A DNA stretch of 64,000 nt from Octopus sinensis (GCF_006345805.1 NC_043007.1:28706001-28770000), one strand, 5' to 3'. Shown: positions 28,531 to 39,413, counted from the first letter of the stretch. Notes: generated by a model not told the origin, from the sequence alone. Numbers and translations are program-made.

Positions 28531-30846
28531 TAACATAACAGAATAGCAGCCAAACCTCTCTGATATAGCCTATAATATCTTAAAAATAAGAAGAGTAAGT
28601 TAAAAAATGTAATTGTAAGGGTGGCAATGACTACAACCTAGATTTAGTGGATCAGGGCCTGAGCAACAAAAATAACACACCTGACTCCCAAATGAATTTA
28701 AAGGGTTGAAAAGAGGGAAACGAATGTTTCATGAAATTTTGTTCATTTTTAATGAATTAAGTTTTGGGTTTATTCGAAGGCAAAGAGTTCAACTCCCAGG
28801 AGTGGTTTTGTGCCTTTAAATCCCATTATCCACCACAATATTCACACTTACAACAATCAGATTAAAAACTTCTTTCTCATAGATTCCTCTCTCTTTCCCA
28901 GCTGATAATGAATATTTCTGATCAGAACTTATGACACAGCACAAATCTAAGTTAATGTAACTGGGAAGTAATTTTGTTTCAAATAAAATTGACTGTTGAT
29001 AAAATTGCTTAATTACTGTCTAATTTCAGGAAACAGTTATTCTCCTGGATATTTCCCAAGAGGAAGCTTTCAGAATCGTAATTATCGTGGTAACAGAGGC
29101 AGTCGAAGTGGTTTAAACAACGGCTTTAATCGGAACAGTAGTGGTAGTAGTAGTGGAGGAAGTGGCGGTGGTGGTGGTGGCAGTCGAGGAGCATACACCA
29201 GGAGTAAGTATCTTCTCATTTTTGGGCTGGTTTAATTTGTTACCTTAATGATTGATGTGTTAATTACAATCTCTATTATCTTTCACTCTCTATAAACAGG
29301 TAGTTAAATACATCAACTCAGATTTCATTATCACCAACATAATCATCATCATCACCAACATAATCAATTCATAGTTTTCTTCAGCCAATGTCAGTGCCAC
29401 TCGACTGGCACCTGTGCCGTTGGCTTGTAAAAAGCACCATTCGAGTGGGTCCTGTGCTGGTGGCACATAAAAGTGGTTGGCGTTAGGAAGGACATCCAGC
29501 TGTAGAAAGCTTGCCAAATCAGATTGGACCCTGTTCTCATTGAAAACCACCCAACCCGTCTCAGCATGGAAAGCCAACATTAAAACAATGATGATGATTG
29601 TGATGATGACACCAGTGAAGGCCTTGAACCAACACACCACTCTCTCTTTTTGGTCGGAATGTTTATAACAAGACACCTTACAACAACAACAACAACAGCA
29701 TGATTGATTAATTATTGACTTGCCATGTGATATATAAACTCTACTCTGTCTTCAGTCAACACACTATCAGCTCCATCGCTTTTTCTAATAAGTGTAAACA
29801 AAAAACAAAAAAATATTGATGTTCTCTATTTTTATGAAGACAACATCAGGTGCATTTGTTTCTATTTTGTGAATATTTTTGTTAAATCATTGCATTGTCA
29901 TGGTTGAATACAAGGTTTTACAGCCAGATCCAAATTGTGTTGTTTTCTCACCTGATTCTGTTACCATTTTTTTTACTTATTTCACCAGTCGTCTGCCTAA
30001 CTCCACTTCATCAACTGACTGCCATCATCATCATCATCTCTCCTCACTTCATTCTTAATGTCTGTGGACTTAGTGACCTGAACATTGAGTTCCTTTCCTG
30101 CAGACACAGATCTTTATGAAGGACAACACAGTTTTGGGAGTCGGGTGCTGCCCCTCCTTCAACTATGTTGTTAGAAATCTTCTGATACAATTTCTATCCA
30201 AGTTGCAATATAAATGAATATTACTCTTAATTTTCTAATATAAAACTGAACAAAAACTTGCAAAGTTCACGATTTGGAATTGGTTTCGTGACTCAATTCG
30301 AAAAACCATGAGAAAATTCTGGAATGAAATCTTGTGGACCTAATGACCCAGACCAGTTTTAGAAACATTCACACAAAAATCAGCTGCAATCACAAGTCAT
30401 TTGGTTGCAGTTTCTCTTTTCCTCCTCCTCCTTTAACTTATCCAAACTTGTCTGTTATTCATGCTTAAATGATTGCAGTATAAATGCGTGTGTGTGTCAT
30501 ATGTTTTCACATATATGAATATACTGATGTGTATGTGTGTGTATATATATATATATTTAATGCATGTCTGTGTGTATATATAATCCATGTGTGAATGTAT
30601 ATATTGTTTATGTATATGTATGTATATATACATGATGTGTGTGTATGTATGTATGTATATATATTCATACATACACACACTTTGTCTTTATGAAGAACAA
30701 TCTAACATGAACCTGAAGGATCACTCAATGTTTTTGTAGAGTGTATGTTAATTTTTGCATGGAAAAGTTTGTAAGTGACTTCAAAATCTTGGCTTGCTTG
30801 CCCTCTTCAATCTGTATGTTATATATATATACACACACACACACAC

Positions 30847-30895
<49 letters not shown>

Positions 30896-33133
30896 CATAC
30901 AGATTGAAGAGGGCAAGCAAGCCAAGATATATATATATATAGTATTTGTTTATGTGTGTATACATATGTATATGTACTTGTAAAGGTATGTGTAGGTGTG
31001 TGTGTGTATATATGTTTGTGTATATGTGTGTGTATATATCATCATCATCATTAACGTCCGCTGTATACATGTATCTGTAGTTCTGTGTAGTCTCTAATGA
31101 CATCACTGTTTCTCTTCCGGTCATGTGTAGGCAATTACTCGGCTTTCTCCAGTGGCCGTGAGTACCGGACAGCTGACAATTATGGCGCCGCATTGAATGG
31201 TACATCGTTTGGAAGTGGCTTCACCAAACGCAGCAGTGCCAGTCCGGGAAGCACTGGGAACACATCAAGTATCGGCCGCACTGGAACCGGCAGTAGTGGG
31301 AGCAGTGGAAATGGGGGCAGTATGCGAGGTGGTGGCACCGGAGCTGGCGGAGGTGTGTGTGATGAGGAGCTCATCTAAAAACACTCTCTTCCATTCTATT
31401 GATATTCATTCTGTAATTTGATGATAAATGTTTTTGTGTTTGGAATTATTACTATTATTATTATTGTTATTCTTACTGTTAAGGCAGCGAGCTTGCAAAA
31501 CCATTAACACACCGGGCAAAATGCTTTGCAGTATTTTGCCCGTCTTTACTTTTTGAGTTTGAATTCTGCTGAAGCCAACTTTGTCTTTCACCCTTTCAGG
31601 GTTGATAAAATAAGTACCAGTCATGTACTGGGGTCAATGTAATTGACTGCCTCCTTCCCCCAAATTTCAGGCCTTGTGCCTACAGTAGGAAGGATTATTA
31701 TTCAGGTAATCATTAGTTGTGTGGTGAACAACAATTGGCAGCATTTAGTCCCATCACTTTAACATCAATTATTCAAATACCAGTGATGTCTACTTTACCT
31801 TTGAAAATTCAGGGATCAAAATTAGTACCTGTCTAGTACTAATGTTGCTATAACTGACTATATATATATATATATCATCATTGTTTAACGTCCGCTTTCC
31901 ATGCTAGCATGGGTTGGACGGTTCAACTGGGGTCTGGGGAGCCTGAAGGCTGCACCAGGCCAGTCAGATCTGGCAGTGTTTCTACAGCTGGATGCCCTTC
32001 CTAACGCCAACCACATATATATACACACACATATATAATGTGTATGTGTGATCATTGACGTCCATTTTCCATGCTGGCAGGAGTTGGACAGTTTGACAGG
32101 AGCTGGCAAGCCAGAGGACTGTGCCAAGCTATACTCTCTGCTTAGGCATGGTATATATATATATATATATATATATATAACCATTACTTTAAAAATCAAT
32201 AAGTTTAAAATCCTCTTATTCTTTAGATGTATTTACTAAAAGTTTGTCTTCTTATCAGAAAGAAATAACCAGTTTCATCATTCATTTCGGCCTCTGCCTC
32301 ATTTCATTGTAACCGTCCCTCATTTTTACTCCTTGCTACCATTGTTTTATAACGAATATCAATTCTTATCATCATCATCAACAGTTGCTGGCTTTATTCA
32401 ATTAACTTTTCTCACTTTATCTTACTTTTGCTTATCATAAATGAAAAGTAAGTTTTCCTTATTAAATATTATTTCCCAAAGATATGATTGACCCCCCCCC
32501 CATGTTTAATGTGACTGTATCAGCTACAAACACCAGAATATTGGTAGCATTTCAATCCATTCCATGGTGTCTCTCTGCTAATGCTCTCCTCTGCTGAAGT
32601 TTCTTAATCTACAGCTAACATTGGCTGGGTTTGAACACAGTAACTCTATTTAATTACGTCTTCATGGCACTCTATTTATGAGCCAGTGGCACCCATGCAT
32701 GCCTTTCTATAATCTTAAAGTTAATCTTTACCAACTGCCAATATCTCAAATCTTTAATTTAGAAAGATTTTGTGGTTTATGTGGCAGGTTGGCTTAGAGT
32801 AGCTAAACTACTTGTTTTACCTTGTAAGTTTTCTGATATAAAAATTCAATAATGTTCTTCTCCATTTTATATTGTAAAATTTATTACAAGAATTTATTCT
32901 AAGTTCTTTATTATAGAACTAATTTTTGTTTTGTTTCTTTTTAAATGTAAAACTATCCTAAGTTCGAATGTTTTGTTGTGACCATCAGTTTAGGAATGAC
33001 CTTGTCTTGAATGTTGTGTTGTTTTCTTATTTTAGCTGTACGAGGACAGCCACGAACTGGAGGTATCCGTGGAGGAAGAGGCAATACTGGGCTTGGCCGA
33101 CCTACCTTTTCCCAGCAAACTCTGGCACAGTAG
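5379..33133 (+). CDS. CAPRIN1: Caprin-1 homologue (RNA-granule protein), 5'-partial, 11 coding exons: 5379-5441, 10571-10657, 16057-16218, 16933-17173, 18108-18428, 20549-21195, 23304-23336, 23723-23897, 29030-29203, 31131-31352, 33036-33133
   Basis: All introns are GT-AG with matching phases, and the exons sum to 2223 nt (741 codons including TAG). The translation follows human Caprin-1 as I recall it: HR1 region (LKLDMYK..LEKDQL / EAINKY..NLEFAKEL.KQFMALTQD / KRLKQVLLIQNLLDSFG / LLDGKDKAVLGTTYKELK), G3BP motif QGSFNFLQES, MDPAVVAAHPM, NANAAVFQ and a C-terminal RG/RGG tail. The start exon is not in the window. Confidence 0.95.
5525..6417 (+). mobile_element. 5'-truncated RTE LINE: ORF C-terminus, 3' UTR and (GAT)n tail
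   Basis: ORF 5470..5775 contains ERCLHWYGHVLRIDEERCVKK..GRGRPRKTWDEVVKHDL; the 3' UTR matches the reverse complement of 39491-40350 and ends gatgatgatg. Confidence 0.9.
10571..10657 (+). CDS. CAPRIN1: Caprin exon (87 nt, 0/0): EAINKYGDVACNLEFAKELLKQFMALTQD
   Basis: ttaaacag| acceptor, |gtaagt donor; matches human DAVSKYQEVTNNLEFAKELQRSFMALSQD. Confidence 0.95.
11354..11525 (-). mobile_element. Diverged RTE-type 3'-end fragment
   Basis: catcgtcatttgatgttttccat..ggtttggatggtttgacaggagctggc..ggatgtccttcctgatgccagccac is the RTE 3' terminus in reverse orientation. Confidence 0.6.
11715..11985 (+). mobile_element. RTE 3'-UTR fragment with (GAT)n tail
   Basis: Near-identical to the terminal part of 5525-6417 and to the reverse complement of 46941-47200. 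Confidence 0.85.
12084..14251 (+). mobile_element. Non-autonomous piggyBac derivative, copy 1 (with internal tandem array)
   Basis: Perfect 14-bp TIRs ccctttcgttacta (12084-12097) and tagtaacgaaaggg (14238-14251); flanks TTAA and ATAA (one mismatch); degenerate transposase segment ..ICEAN.GYC..FSFYTGK..HGLGYDVVW. Confidence 0.9.
12679..13740 (+). repeat. Tandem array, 6 units of 176-179 bp, inside piggyBac copy 1
   Basis: The marker tgaagcgatc recurs at 12681, 12858, 13037, 13216, 13392 and 13570. Confidence 0.95.
14950..15628 (-). mobile_element. Degenerate mariner (Tc1/mariner) 5' half
   Basis: TIR-like ta|gatgagggttgtcctgaaa at ~15628; minus-strand translation with frameshifts gives YRDDTIDKSNMHQWIK, EDFGYQKV..MLT..LKERRAEVCSNL and VDETWAYLYEPE..QSMEW (DETW at 15057-15068). 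Confidence 0.8.
16057..16218 (+). CDS. CAPRIN1: Caprin exon (162 nt, 0/0): AEKLLKKQMKKERADRILNEHKRLKQVLLIQNLLDSFGMEQVRNDFRNGWHSAV
   Basis: acttag| acceptor, |gtaagt donor; matches human EQKRLKTVLELQYVLDKLGDDEVRTDLKQG. Confidence 0.95.
16933..17173 (+). CDS. CAPRIN1: Caprin exon (241 nt, 0/1): VLTEENLTQLDNIYKHICPSRD...ASEHLCSLLDGKDKAVLGTTYKELKKLIDLILACGYFE...
   Basis: ttaacag| acceptor, |gttagt donor; matches human LSEEELSLLDEFYKLVDPERD..ASIHLWDLLEGKEKPVCGTTYKVLK. Missed by the ORF track because it has no in-frame ATG. Confidence 0.95.
18108..18428 (+). CDS. CAPRIN1: Caprin exon (321 nt, 1/1): acidic linker plus G3BP-binding motif QGSFNFLQESTID
   Basis: atgtcag| acceptor, |gtaagt donor; fits the Caprin F(M/I/L)Q(D/E)S motif (human QGPYNFIQDSMLD). 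Confidence 0.93.
19203..20263 (+). mobile_element. Composite non-autonomous Helitron-like block inserted at A|T within a SINE
   Basis: Begins A|TCTATATATATAAA and ends CTAG|T (20260-20263) after a short palindrome caccgggtg. Removing it rejoins gactggagcaa|tgtgaaataaagtgtcttgctcaagg, the SINE sequence seen uninterrupted near 7462-7500. Confidence 0.7.
20549..21195 (+). CDS. CAPRIN1: Caprin exon (647 nt, 1/0): MDPAVVAAHPM followed by a Q/P/A-rich low-complexity region
   Basis: ttttgtag| acceptor, |gtgagt donor; in frame with ORF 20560..21252; compare human LDPAIVSAQPM. Confidence 0.92.
23304..23336 (+). CDS. CAPRIN1: Probable Caprin microexon (33 nt, 0/0): LTDGAISPFVK
   Basis: ttttccag| acceptor, AAG|gtaact donor, open in phase 0. 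The exon is symmetric, so phase logic does not require it and there is no homology support. Confidence 0.6.
23723..23897 (+). CDS. CAPRIN1: Caprin exon (175 nt, 0/1): contains LNANAAVFQSMNANAAVFQP
   Basis: atttccag| acceptor, G|gttggt donor (phase 1 matches the next exon); compare human INVNAAPFQSM. Confidence 0.88.
24210..25433 (+). mobile_element. Non-autonomous piggyBac derivative, copy 2 (single unit)
   Basis: TTAA|CCCTTTC ... GAAAGGG|TTAA. 24781-24885 reads KQYMPGKATKWGIKVWKICEANTGYCCGFSFYTGK, then after a frameshift HGLGYDVVWNLSLPYHNQGCILFFDQFF, i.e. piggyBac core motifs including the DNFF-type aspartate region. Confidence 0.92.
25760..26400 (-). mobile_element. Decayed RTE LINE fragment (post-RT region)
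   Basis: ORFs 26142..26372 (LEVVENFYYLDDLIS..GLSLSLRMKSRLYDAC) and 25918..26115 match the RTE at 40400-40900; boundaries approximate. Confidence 0.75.
29030..29203 (+). CDS. CAPRIN1: Caprin exon (174 nt, 1/1): RG-rich, GNSYSPGYFPRGSFQNRNYRGNRGSRSG...
   Basis: aatttcag| acceptor, |gtaagt donor; RG/G-S composition like the Caprin C-terminal IDR. Confidence 0.9.
31131..31352 (+). CDS. CAPRIN1: Caprin exon (222 nt, 1/1): SNYSAFSSGREYRTADNYG...FTKRSS...MRGGGTGAGG
   Basis: atgtgtag| acceptor with an upstream ctaat branch-like motif; weak G|gtgtgt donor; compare human SAPRDYSGYQRDGYQQNFKRG. Confidence 0.85.
31480..31701 (+). mobile_element. SINE copy with (ATT)n tail
   Basis: aaggcagcgagcttgcaaaa..gagtttgaattctgctga..tttcaccctttcaggg..aagtaccag..tactggggtcaatgtaattgact..ggattattatt. 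Related pieces lie at ~290-410, ~11140-11340 and (reverse) ~8940-9110. Confidence 0.7.
31876..32015 (-). mobile_element. RTE 3'-end fragment
   Basis: catcattgtttaacgtccgctttccatgctagcatgggttggacgg.. is near-identical to 46941-47090. Confidence 0.85.
33036..33133 (+). CDS. CAPRIN1: Caprin terminal coding exon: (A)VRGQPRTGGIRGGRGNTGLGRPTFSQQTLAQ*
   Basis: ttattttag| acceptor in phase 1; RGG motif; ends TAG TAA; resembles human PRGAPRGRGGPPRPNRGMPQMNTQQVN. Confidence 0.85.
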
Positions 33134-33524
33134 TAAATTCTGGAGCATAGAAACTGTGTGATGGGTTGTATAAATGACTGGCCACCAACAGGCAGACAAC
33201 ATCTCCCTTCCCCTCCTCTTGATGGCTGGTCATAAGGTGACACTTTATTATGATGCTTTTGTAGGCATTTTCCCTCAATCTTTTGACACTCGACTAATCA
33301 ACACTTGTCTTGTGGAAGGTTTATTGGCTCCCCTCTTCATATTTGGGCTATAGAATGGGGTCACATCTAAGTTCTTTTTTCACTTTTACCAACAAATATT
33401 CTAGTGGATTTCTGGTTAATTATCTTTTCTATTAGTAAATTAAGAGATAAGCAGTAAATGTTGAACTTATTAAACTGAGCAGAATTCTTCTTAAGGGTGA
33501 ATTAGGAACATTTAATCTGGAACC

Positions 33525-33530
33525 AATAAA
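33525..33530 (+). promoter_or_regulatory. Candidate proximal polyadenylation signal AATAAA
   Basis: Canonical hexamer about 390 nt after the Caprin stop codon. Confidence 0.35.
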
Positions 33531-34188
33531 TCTCCCACAATTCTGCTCTTTACTCATTTTCACTGACCCTTTCTCTCCTCCCACCCCCCATCTTAACTGT
33601 TCCTTTTGTTCCTTGTAAGTATTTGTTGATGTTGAGTGGTAATTAAGTGGTATAGGAGTGGCAAGGCAACTTCAACAGGCAACAACTGTAACCCCTCTCC
33701 CTCTCCTTACTCTTAACACCAGAAACACCACCACCACCACCACCACCACCATGCTTGTTAATGGAAACATGGTATGAGCTGCTGTAACATCCTGCCTTAC
33801 CCCACTCAATATCTCATTTACTGCTTTTTCTATCGTGCAGAATTAATGCTGGTTTAGCGACTTTTCAGCTGTTCTTTCAGACTTTAGCATCGTGAACCTT
33901 ATGCAGCTATCTTCTCTCCTTTGACCTGCCCTGCCCCCCGTGCCCCATCCCCCTAATTTGTACAGCTCCGTTGTTGTGACCTCTCTTCCCTTCACACCAA
34001 ACTCACCACTTTTTATAAAGTTTCGTTCTTTGTACTTCCCTACTCTTCCTTTTTACTCCACATAGGAATCTTGGCAATCAGTGTGGGAAGAGGTTCTTCC
34101 CTGTTAGTTTCAGTTCCAGCTGACAGGTTCATTTTGTCAGTCTTCGTATAAATCGTCCAAAAGAATATGGAAAGTCTGCTATATCACC

Positions 34189-34194
34189 AATAAA
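34189..34194 (+). promoter_or_regulatory. Candidate distal polyadenylation signal AATAAA
   Basis: Canonical hexamer followed ~30-50 nt later by a GU/U-rich tract (gttattggttttttttt), just before the microsatellite array begins. Confidence 0.55.
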
Positions 34195-34375
34195 ACATAA
34201 CAAAACTTCAAGGATTCCACTGTTAAGTTATTGGTTTTTTTTTCTTTCTCTTTTCTATTCACTTTGTCATTTAAAAAAAATCTGTTTACTTCTTATTTTC
34301 TGTTTAGCAGGATGCTGCATCTCAGCTCAGTATAGAGCTGCACTCAATGAAATAGGAGCATGTTTGTGTGTGTGT

Positions 34376-35017
34376 GTATGTATGTATGTATGTATGTATG
34401 TATGTATGTATGTATGTATGTATGTATGTATGTATGTATGTATGTATGTATGTATGTATGTATGTATGTATGTATGTATGTATGTATGTATGTATGTATG
34501 TATGTATGTATGTATGTATGTATGTATGTATGTATGTATGTATGTATGTATGTATGTATGTATGTATGTATGATGTATGTATGTATGTATGTATGTATGT
34601 ATGTATGTATGTATGTATGTATGTATGTATGTATGTATGTATGTATGTATGTATGTATGTATGTATGTATGATGTATGTATGTAGTATGTATGTATGTAT
34701 GTATGTAGTATGTATGTATGTATGTATGTATGTATGTATGTATGTATGTATGTATGTTGTATGTATGTATGTATGTATGTATGTATGTATGTATGTATGT
34801 ATGTATGTTGTATGTATGTATGTATGTATGTATGTATGTATGTATGTATGTATGTATGTATGTATGTATGTATGTATGTATGTATGTATGTATGATGTAT
34901 GTATGTATGTATGTATGTATGTATGTATGTATGTATTATGTATGTATGTATGTATGTAGTATGTATGTATGTATGTATGTATGTATGTATGTATGTGTAT
35001 GTATGTATGTATGTATG

Positions 35018-35100
<83 letters not shown>
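34376..35100. repeat. Nearly pure (TATG)n of ~640 bp switching to (TATC)n of ~80 bp
   Basis: Read directly. Confidence 0.98.
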
Positions 35101-35103
35101 ATA

Positions 35104-35530
35104 AGGGATCAGGAAACTATGCTGGTTCTATGGAGAACATTTGCTCTCAACTATGGTCATCCCACAGAGTTAGTGTAATAGCAGAAATCAAGGCAGTTTA
35201 GCAGTGTTAGGCCAAGAAGATTGCATCAATGAAACACTTGAGCTACTGGGAGAGACTGAAAGAATTGCGACTCTGGTTTCTAGAGAAAAGGTAAAATAGA
35301 TGTGTGGTGATATATATATATATATATATGGTAGACCCTTGAGAGACTGGCACCAAACTGTGAAATCAAGAGTTATACCAGCTGCTGAACAAGATGCCAC
35401 TGCATTGTTCCAAATGTCTCACTCATCCTCTCTAGAATGAGGACCAGTTCCTGCAATATCTTGGGATTCAAAGGCCTACGGATGTTTACTATTATGTCAA
35501 AGCTTAACCTGCTGTCCAAGATCCCTGATG
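35104..35530 (+). mobile_element. Old CR1/L2-group LINE 3'-region fragment
   Basis: gatcaggaaactatgctggttctatggagaacattt..caactatggtcatcccacag.. is a degenerate equivalent of (RD)[18 protein letters not shown] in the young copies. Confidence 0.6.
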
Positions 35531-35894
35531 AACATCATGGCAAGAAATTCAAATGAGGGTAGCAATATTGCTCTCCCTCATTTGCCAAAAGCCAACCACA
35601 CAGGAATGGCCATTGGAAAAGAATATATATATGTATATACACACACATCTGCATACATATGTGATAGCAATACTGTTACAAATGAAAAACGAGTAACAAT
35701 TCTGTCTGTAATTGGTGGGGGTGATGATCCTGGGGACTGCTGAGCTAGCAATACTGTGATTATAGGAATATAGGAATGCAAGAAATGTTGAAAATCAAAA
35801 TAGTAGTAATAGATTTATATATGTATATGTAGGTATATGTAGGTATATATATATATATATATTATATTTATGTATATATATATGTATATATATA

Positions 35895-37450
35895 TTAACC
35901 ACTACTGCCTGACTCCTATCTTTCAGGAAGTCATGTAACCACACTCCAAGTTTTCCAGCTATGCCAAGGTCACGCAGTTTGTGGCATATCATACCATGAT
36001 CCACCTTGTCAAAAGCTTTTGCAAAATCAAGGTAGATTACGTCCACATTTGATTTGTTGTGTAACTGCCTCAACACCCAGTCATAATGTTGTAAGAGCTG
36101 GGTCAGGCAGCTCCTACCTGGTCGAAAACCATGCTGGGTATCACTGAGCAAGTTATTTTCCTCAAGGAATGCGATTAGTTTCTTTCTGACTATCCATTCC
36201 ATGACTTTGCTGATGTGTGAAGTCAGAGAGGTAGGCCTATAGTTTTTGGCATCTGCTCTACTTCCTCCTTTATGTATTGGGCATATTATTCCCTCCTTCA
36301 GCTTGCTTGGCAGTTTGCCATTTGTAAGAAAGCTCTGGAAGAGAATCTTGAGGGGTTTTGCCAGGGCATGCTTACACGCTTTGAGGAGGATTGCTGGGAA
36401 ACCATCAGGACCAGCAATTGAGTTTGTGTCCACTTCATCTATGGCTAGTAGGACATCATCTTCGCTAATATCAATGTATTCTATTGTAACTGCCTCGCTG
36501 GTTATAGGTGAGGCGGCAAAGAAGTCCACTGGTTCGTTCACTTGTCTGTGTTCCAACGGAGTGGTAAAGACACTTTTGAACTGGTCATTCAGTATCTCAC
36601 TGATCACAGTTGGACTGTCTGTGAGGGAGCCATCCTTTTGGAGGAGGGGTCCTCTTTTGTGTACTGAGACTGTTTCTTTCACGTAATGAAAGAAGGCCTT
36701 TGGGTTTGATTTAATGTTTTTTATAACCCAGGCTTCTTTGTCTGCTTTCTCCCTCACATAGGATTGTTGCAGCCTTTTTTCGATCTCCATCAGTGTTGTT
36801 TTTAGGCGGGACGTTTCGCTACTTTTGGGATGTTGGTTGAGACGATTTGCAACCTTCGTCCGTCGTCTCATGAGGATCTTCCTGTCTCTTGGAATCTTGC
36901 TCCTATTTGTTTTGGCCTTGTGCTCTGGGACATATTTCTGGCATACAGCTTGCACAGAAGACATGAAACATTCTAGTTTCATGTCAATGTCTGGTGTGGA
37001 GAGACATTTCGGCCAGTCCTCTCTGAGGATCTCTTTTTGGATCAATTTCCAATCTGCTTTGTGGAAGTCCAGATTAGAGAGATTTTGGGTACTTCCTTTA
37101 GGCTGTATGTCTCTGGTTACTTTCGGCCCAAACATTGACAGCTCTATTATGTTGTGATCTGAGACTAATGTCGGTGTCACTTTCACATCATGAATGATGT
37201 CCATATTGTTTGTGAAGCAGAGATCCAGAATGTTATTCGCCCTAGTTGGCTTGAGTACAACTTGCTCCATGAATAAGGCATTGGTGAGGTTCAGCAGGGA
37301 CTCCACCTGTACTTGCTTGAAAAGATTCATTCCTGAGCGTATGAGACCTTCGGGCCATTTGACGTTGGGGAAGTTGAAATCGCCCATAAGAAATATGGTC
37401 ATGTGGAGTTCCAGATTCATGAGGATTTCTTTAATTCTTATGAGGCAATC
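35895..37450 (-). mobile_element. CR1/L2-group LINE internal piece: endonuclease C-terminus to RT N-half, uninterrupted frame
   Basis: ORF 35795..37420: [72 protein letters not shown]. Confidence 0.95.
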
Positions 37451-38190
37451 TATATGTATGTATATATGTATTTATATGTATATATATGTATGTATGTATG
37501 TATATATATATATGTATGTATATATATATATGTATGTATATGTATGTATATATGTATGTATATATATATATGTATGTATATATATATATATGTATGTGTA
37601 TGTATATATATATATATATGTATGTGTATGTATATATATATGTATGTGTATGTATATATATATGTATGTGTATGTATATATATATGTATGTGTATGTATA
37701 TATATATGTATGTGTATGTATATATATATGTATGTGTATGTATATATATATATATATGTATGTGTATGTATATATGTATGTATATGTATGTATATATGTA
37801 TGTATGTATATGTATGTATATATGTATGTATGTATGTTTATGTATGTATATATATATGTATGTATGTTTATGTATGTATATATATATGTATGTATATATG
37901 TATGTATATATATATGTATGTATATATGTATGTATATATGTATATATATGTATGTATGTATATATATGTATGTGTATGTATGTATATATATGTATGTGTA
38001 TGTATGTATGTATATATGTATGTATGTATATATGTATGTATGTATATATGTATATATGTATGTATGTATATATATATGTATGTATATATATATGTATGTA
38101 TATATGTATGTATGTATGTATGTATATATGTATATGTATGTATGTATATGTGTATGTGTGTATGTATGTATGTATGTATATATATGTATA
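37451..38190. repeat. Compound (TA)/(TATG)n microsatellite
   Basis: Read directly. Confidence 0.97.
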
Positions 38191-39063
38191 TTAATGCTGG
38201 TAAATTTCAAGCCTTACAATATCAAGCTGTAAACACATATACATTACAACACAACTATACTGGTCCAGGAGGGATCGAAATCCCAGTATCGAAATCAATA
38301 CGGGACCTGGGGATAGACATGAGTGACGATGCATCTTTTTCTTCACACATCGCGAAGGTGGCGACAATGTGCAGACGACTCACTGGCTGGATCCTGAGGA
38401 CATTCCGGACAAGAGACTGCGAGACCATGTTGACACTATGGAGGACATTTGTCCTAAGCCGCCTGGACTACTGCTCCCAACTGTGGTCACCGCATAGTGT
38501 CAAACTAACCACAGAGCTTGAGACAATCCAAAGACATTTCACCAAGAGGATTTCCACCATGAAGAAAAGAACTATTGGGAGAGGCTTAGGGAACTCAATT
38601 TGTACTCCTTGGAACGAAGACGAGAGAGATATGCAGTGATGTACATATGGAAAATCCTGGAGGGACTAGCACCAAATTTTGGAATTGAGAGCTGTTCCAA
38701 TCCCCGTACAGGACGTCACTGTGTGGTGCCAAAGGTCCCGTCTTCCACATCCAGGGTAAGGAGCAAATACTGTAATAGCCCTGGGGTTCAGGGGCCCTCA
38801 GCTTTTCAACAACTGCCAAGAAAACTAAGAGATCTACATGATGCGGATGTGGACATTTTCAAAAAACATCTAGACAAGCTGCTTTCCGGGATCCCAGATG
38901 AACCCACTGCAAGGTACGAAGGTAACCTAAGGGCAGCAGCTACAAACTCTCTCTTAGATCAGTGGCCAGCCACGGCAAACTGGACTTAGAGAGGGTAGCA
39001 ACAAGGGCGGTGCCCCAGCATGGCCTCAGCCGGATGGCTGAAACAAGTAAAAGAGTAAAAGAG
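38191..39063 (+). mobile_element. 5'-truncated CR1/L2-group LINE 3' end with (AGTAAAAG)n tail
   Basis: [39 protein letters not shown]; near-identical to 44721-45607. Confidence 0.93.
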
Positions 39064-39086
39064 TATGTATGTATATATATGTATGC

Positions 39087-39117
<31 letters not shown>

Positions 39118-39413
39118 TATATGTATGTATATATGTGTGTATATATATATATATGTGTATGTATATAAGTATGTATGTATATAAGTATGTATGTATATAA
39201 GTATGTATGTATATAAGTATGTATATATATATGTATGTATGTATATATGTATGTATGTATATATGTATGTATGTATATATGTATGTATGTATATGTATGT
39301 ATATATATGTATGTGTATGTATGTATGTATATATATGTATGTATGTATATGTATGTATGTATATGTATGTATATATATATGTATGTATATAAGTATGTTT
39401 GTATATAAGTATC

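Noticed and set aside
31097-31378. ORF-track protein ending GVCDEELI as the definitive Caprin C-terminus
   Set aside because: A further phase-compatible RGG exon at 33036-33133 matches the Caprin terminus better. The read-through form is kept only as a possible isoform.
36246-37157. Plus-strand ORFs 36246..36686 and 36825..37157
   Set aside because: Antisense shadows of the LINE ORF2 on the minus strand.
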